A stretch of 64,000 nt of DNA from Octopus vulgaris. Lineage: Eukaryota. This document shows positions 59,701-64,000 of this stretch, piece by piece (position 1 is the stretch's first letter; every line of letters starts with the position of its first letter). The notes under the pieces were generated by a model. That model searched no databases. It saw only the letters and a list, made by a program, of their open reading frames with translations, and had not been told where the DNA came from. A program made the translations under genes and the position numbers. The stretch lies in contig OX597839.1 in NCBI GenBank assembly GCA_951406725.2, forward strand, positions 1,488,001 to 1,552,000. The letters are read 5' to 3'.

Positions 59701-62700
59701 AATAGGAAAAAAGCAACAAGAATGGATTAAAATCTCGGTACAATTGTTTCGTACGAGGACATCTTTAATAAGCTACAAAAAATGCAGTAAATACAGATGG
59801 CCCGTACTCGAAGCCGAAAAAACATCAGAGAATTCCCAAACATCAAAAGGGGTAGATACAAAAGAGGGTGTAAGATTAACTGCATTGAAGAAAGTTCGAT
59901 TCCTGGAGATCCGATGAAAGGTCTTAAACTTACAGAATTTGTGCATGTCTACATATAGCTTATATTGAATTGCTAATCAAGTTGTGTGAAGAAATTTCGG
60001 ATACAGTCATGCGAAATTTCTGAAAATCTGAGTAAGAAGCAAAGTGACTGTCATATCGTGTAGAGGAACAGATTGTTATTGAAATTTAAAAGAATCGCAG
60101 ATAAGTTCGATTCTTGGAGATCCGATGAAAAGTCTTGAACTTACAGAATATGTGCATGTCCTTATAGTTCATAATCCAGTTATGTGAAGAAATTTTGGGT
60201 ACAATCATGCGAAAATATCAGGGAATCCGAATGAGAAGCAAAATGACAGTCTTATTCTGTAGAGGGGCAGATTGTTATTGAAATTTAACAAGAATCACAG
60301 AGGGAGGAGGAAGGAAGTAGAATTTAATCAGTTACTGCTATTAATGCTATCAAAGAGAAGGGAACGGGAAGCTAAGGGGATGGACACAAGTTGATACTAC
60401 AAGAAAATCTAAGCTTGTTTAGTGCAAAATTCGAACTGAGGTCAACAATTTATTTCTTTATTTATAAATGTTACTATTAATAGATTGTCAAGTTACAATG
60501 AGAGGTCATTAGAAAGGAAAGAAAAAAGGGGTTGTTTTTTAATGAAACCAAACAATTATCTTATTATTATACTATATTATATTATATTATATTATAATAC
60601 ATTACAATAGGTTTGGGATTAGCAGAATTAATTATTAGTGTAAACGAAACTAAGAGATTTAACTAACTAATTTTTATATATGGGTTAAAGTGAAATAGAC
60701 TAAGAAATGGAGATAAAAATAGAGCAAAATTTAAATTTTTTATATAGTCTAATAGAAATAAATCAAATAATTTAAATCAATAAGTATTAAATAGTACAAT
60801 TAGAGAGAGAATATAATCATAGCTAGTTAGATCGTATCTGTCTAGTTAAATATATAATGTACTATGTAGGAGTAATATATAAATCAAAGTGATTTTATAC
60901 AAAGTGATTTTAATATACAGTTGTCAATTAAGATATCATTTAAAATATTTAAGATTCTTAGTTCGAGCGTGTATACAAGATTTTCCAAGTTCAATTCTGC
61001 TGTTTAATGAAATTTCTCTAATTTTTCTATACATTACTATTTCAAATGTTTCCATGGAGCAAAGTTGACAACCTACTCTGCTATTTTTATAGGGTATTGC
61101 TCTTCTGACTAATTCCCAATTAAGGTTATATTTGATATTATTGTTTTTCAGTTCCCAAATTTTACTAGAAAGAGTGGTGCTATCAGCTTTATGACGTAAT
61201 TTGAAGGAGGAAAGATGGTTATTCAATCTCTTTTTAAAATTTACAGTACATCCAACATAAGTGAATTTATTATTATCTGTGGTTATGGAGCATTTATAGA
61301 TTATGTTATTTAACCCGCATAAACCAGGTACCGGGCATTTTGATTTAATTCTGCAGTTACATCTAGGAGAATTATAATTAGAAGTGGAATAACTTGAGGA
61401 TAGAAGTCTCCTACTACTGTTGCTCGAAGCAGTGCGGGTAAATTAATCATGATTTTGGTTATTGTTGTTATCTAAAGAAACTCTATCATTATTGTAGTTA
61501 ATATTATTATCTAAAGTAGTATTATCATTTATTGGTATTCTTACATTTTCATTTGGTTCTAAAGCCCTACTTTCATTATTAATATTATTGGTGCTGTTAT
61601 CTAAAATAATGTTATCATTATTTTAGTTAATGTTATCACCTAAAGTAGTATTATCATTTGTCGGTATTCCTACACTATCATTTGGTTCTATAACCCTACT
61701 ATCATTATTGATATTGTTGATGCTGTTAGTATTGTTGTCGGTATTGTTTTTCAAATGTGTAATGTTGTTGCTGATAACATTGTTGTCCTCATTCACTGTA
61801 CTTACATTCCTGGTATTATTCCTATTATTAACATAATCATTCCTATTTATGTTATTATTGTTGTTAACAATTCTATAGCTATTGGTTATATTTATTATAT
61901 GACATTCCTTATTATTTTTGTTGCAACTATTACTTTCAGTACTGTTATTACAATTTTCCATTGTATTTTTATTTTCATTGATTAAATTTTTTCTGGCTAG
62001 TTTTATGTTATTATTATTGATCTTAGCTATTAAAGTGGACATATTTGGGAGGGTTGAATAAGAAATTCTGACTGTTTTTTTAGAAATAATTTTATGATAT
62101 CTATGAGAGGATGGGAAATTTTTTTCTAGAATTGTTTTGAATCTACTCTGAATATCTGATGAAACCGCACAGTTAAAAGGGATGTTTAGCCATATTATGT
62201 CTTTCTTATTAAATTTCCTAGAATTAGAGTTTGGGCTGTTAGAATTTTTCCCACTAGAGTTAGGGTTGTTAGAATCATTCCTACCATCATCAGATTCTTT
62301 GTATTTATTAATGTTCTTGTTCGCATGTTTATTAGTTTTATCCAAGTTTATTTTATCCTTATTACAAGTGTTCAATGTTATGTTTTTATTAATGTTCCTA
62401 ATATCATTAGGGTACTTTGTCGTTGTAAATCTATTTCTACTATCATTTCTGGCTTGGTCATTATTGTTGTCTACGTTACTAATTGTATGTTTCTTAATTT
62501 TATTTAAGGTTGTCTTATCAGGGCTATCTATGTTATGGTCTATGTATTTATCCTTGTACTTATTATCATTACGATTAGATGTTGTATTGGATCCACATCT
62601 ACGTATCTTTTCGGCTTGATCGTTTTTGTTGTTTATGTAGTTATTGCTATTTAAATTACTTAAATTATTTAACTTATTAGGAGTTTGTAAGTTTTCCGTA

Positions 62701-62960
62701 TCAACAAATGTAATTTTCTGGTTATATCCTGCTCTAGATAACGCCTCATTGTAATGTCCTGAGTGTGAGTTGAATATATTAAAATTAGACGATAATTTGG
62801 ATATTATCATGGAAATATTTCTAACTAAGGAATTAATTATGTTTGGGGGATGATTAGATAATTTACTTACGTAACTAGTGATTTCACCTTCTTTTCTAAA
62901 TGGATAATGCTTTTTTCCTATTTGTAATCGCCCCACTTGTCGTATGGTTAACACCATATA
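59700..62960 (-). mobile_element. 5'-truncated Penelope-like element with Asn-rich linker and GIY-YIG domain
   Basis: SNHPPNII, WLNIPFN, ISYSTLPNM; CNCRIKSKCPVPGLC and YVGCT near 61250-61360; LSSKIWELK...CQLC. Confidence 0.85.
59735..59817 (-). ncRNA. Hammerhead-like motif with altered core and long stem II
   Basis: tcgg-CTTCGA-gtacgggccatct...agatgtcctcgtac-GAAAC-aatt-GTA-ccga. Confidence 0.5.
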
Positions 62961-63029
62961 GATTTCCGGTGCATCCTAGTTAAGGACCATATTCATGTGA
63001 ATTCATTAGAATTCACTTGAATCTCAATT

Positions 63030-63038
63030 ACTTAAACC

Positions 63039-63104
<66 letters not shown>

Positions 63105-63590
63105 CATTATTTATTACACATACGCACACATAAATATACATAATTATATATGTACATACATCCATACATATATGTACATATATAAACACACGCATATAAT
63201 ATGTATATATATATATATATTTGTGTGTGTGTGTGTTTGTGTGTATGTACGTGTGAGTGTGTGTGTGTGTATAAGCCAAAACTTAACACTTCTAATATTC
63301 TGTTCTATCAAAACAAAATAATGTTTAATTGATAAAACCTTATTATTCCCAACATTTTTTATTATCTCCCTTATAGCAAAAAAAATTCCTGATTACCTCC
63401 CTTCGTCTGGAACTCTCCTACTTCACACCATGATGAAGGGATGACACAAAATCGGAAAAGAAGTTTGAAAAATTTCGAAAGAAATACAAACAAAGCTTTA
63501 TAACATTTTCTAACACGACAATTTAATGTAATCTTTAACCATATAATACAAGTTTTCTGTAGTTTTTTTAATTCTATTTCGTCTTTTATG
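63030..63590. repeat. Duplicate of the CYP copy B downstream flank (about 27675-28200), start of a probable third unit
   Basis: Direct near-identical match, e.g. gccaaaacttaacacttctaatattctgttctatcaaaac... Confidence 0.85.
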
Positions 63591-63705
63591 TATATATATA
63601 TAAAGTTAATCCAAACATGTAAACACAAAGAGAAAACACAACAACGCGAGGACATGGAACAAGTATAGTATTATAGGACACTCAGGAAAGGAGGAAAGAA
63701 GGATG

Positions 63706-63740
63706 GTTTAACGTTTCGAGCGGAGCTCTTCGTCAGAAAC
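63706..63740 (-). ncRNA. Minimal type I hammerhead motif (copies at 32230-32264 and 40750-40783)
   Basis: gttt-CTGACGA-a-gagc-tcc-gctc-GAAAC-GTT-aaac. Confidence 0.65.
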
Positions 63741-63958
63741 ATAGGAAAAGGAAAGATCCAAAGAAGGGAAGACGGAGGAAAAAATCGCCAACGGTACACA
63801 CGCGGTCACACATATGTTTGTATATATCACAGACAGTGATCCCAGTGACTGACCAGGCGATCAGATGTTGCTACACATCGCTGGTCACAATGCGCTTCGC
63901 ATTGTTTTAGCCTTCAAATGACGCTACCCCGCTGGCTAAGCCACCAGGCCAATGTATG

Positions 63959-64000
<42 letters not shown>

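Overview
AT-rich, microsatellite-dense eukaryotic DNA; the repeat content suggests an octopus or other cephalopod (inference). The window holds a tandem array of clan-3 (CYP3A-like) cytochrome P450 genes on the minus strand. Copy B is complete (14 coding exons, 58380->28593, 516 aa). Copy A shows exons 1-10 (21990->3592) and runs off the left edge. The right end repeats copy B's downstream flank, implying a third copy. Introns and spacers carry Penelope-like elements (PLEs), CR1-type, RTE-type and R4/Dong-type LINE fragments, a mariner and tRNA-derived SINEs. The most striking pattern is a graded series of fold-back PLE insertions (about 0.2, 0.9, 1.8 and 3.4 kb), each a 5'-truncated element capped by an inverted copy of its own 3' end. 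It comes with a dozen or more type I hammerhead-ribozyme motifs, some canonical and some core variants (U4C, A9C, G3:C8, A3:U8), several with long stem II insertions. All coordinates, folds and counts were made by eye.
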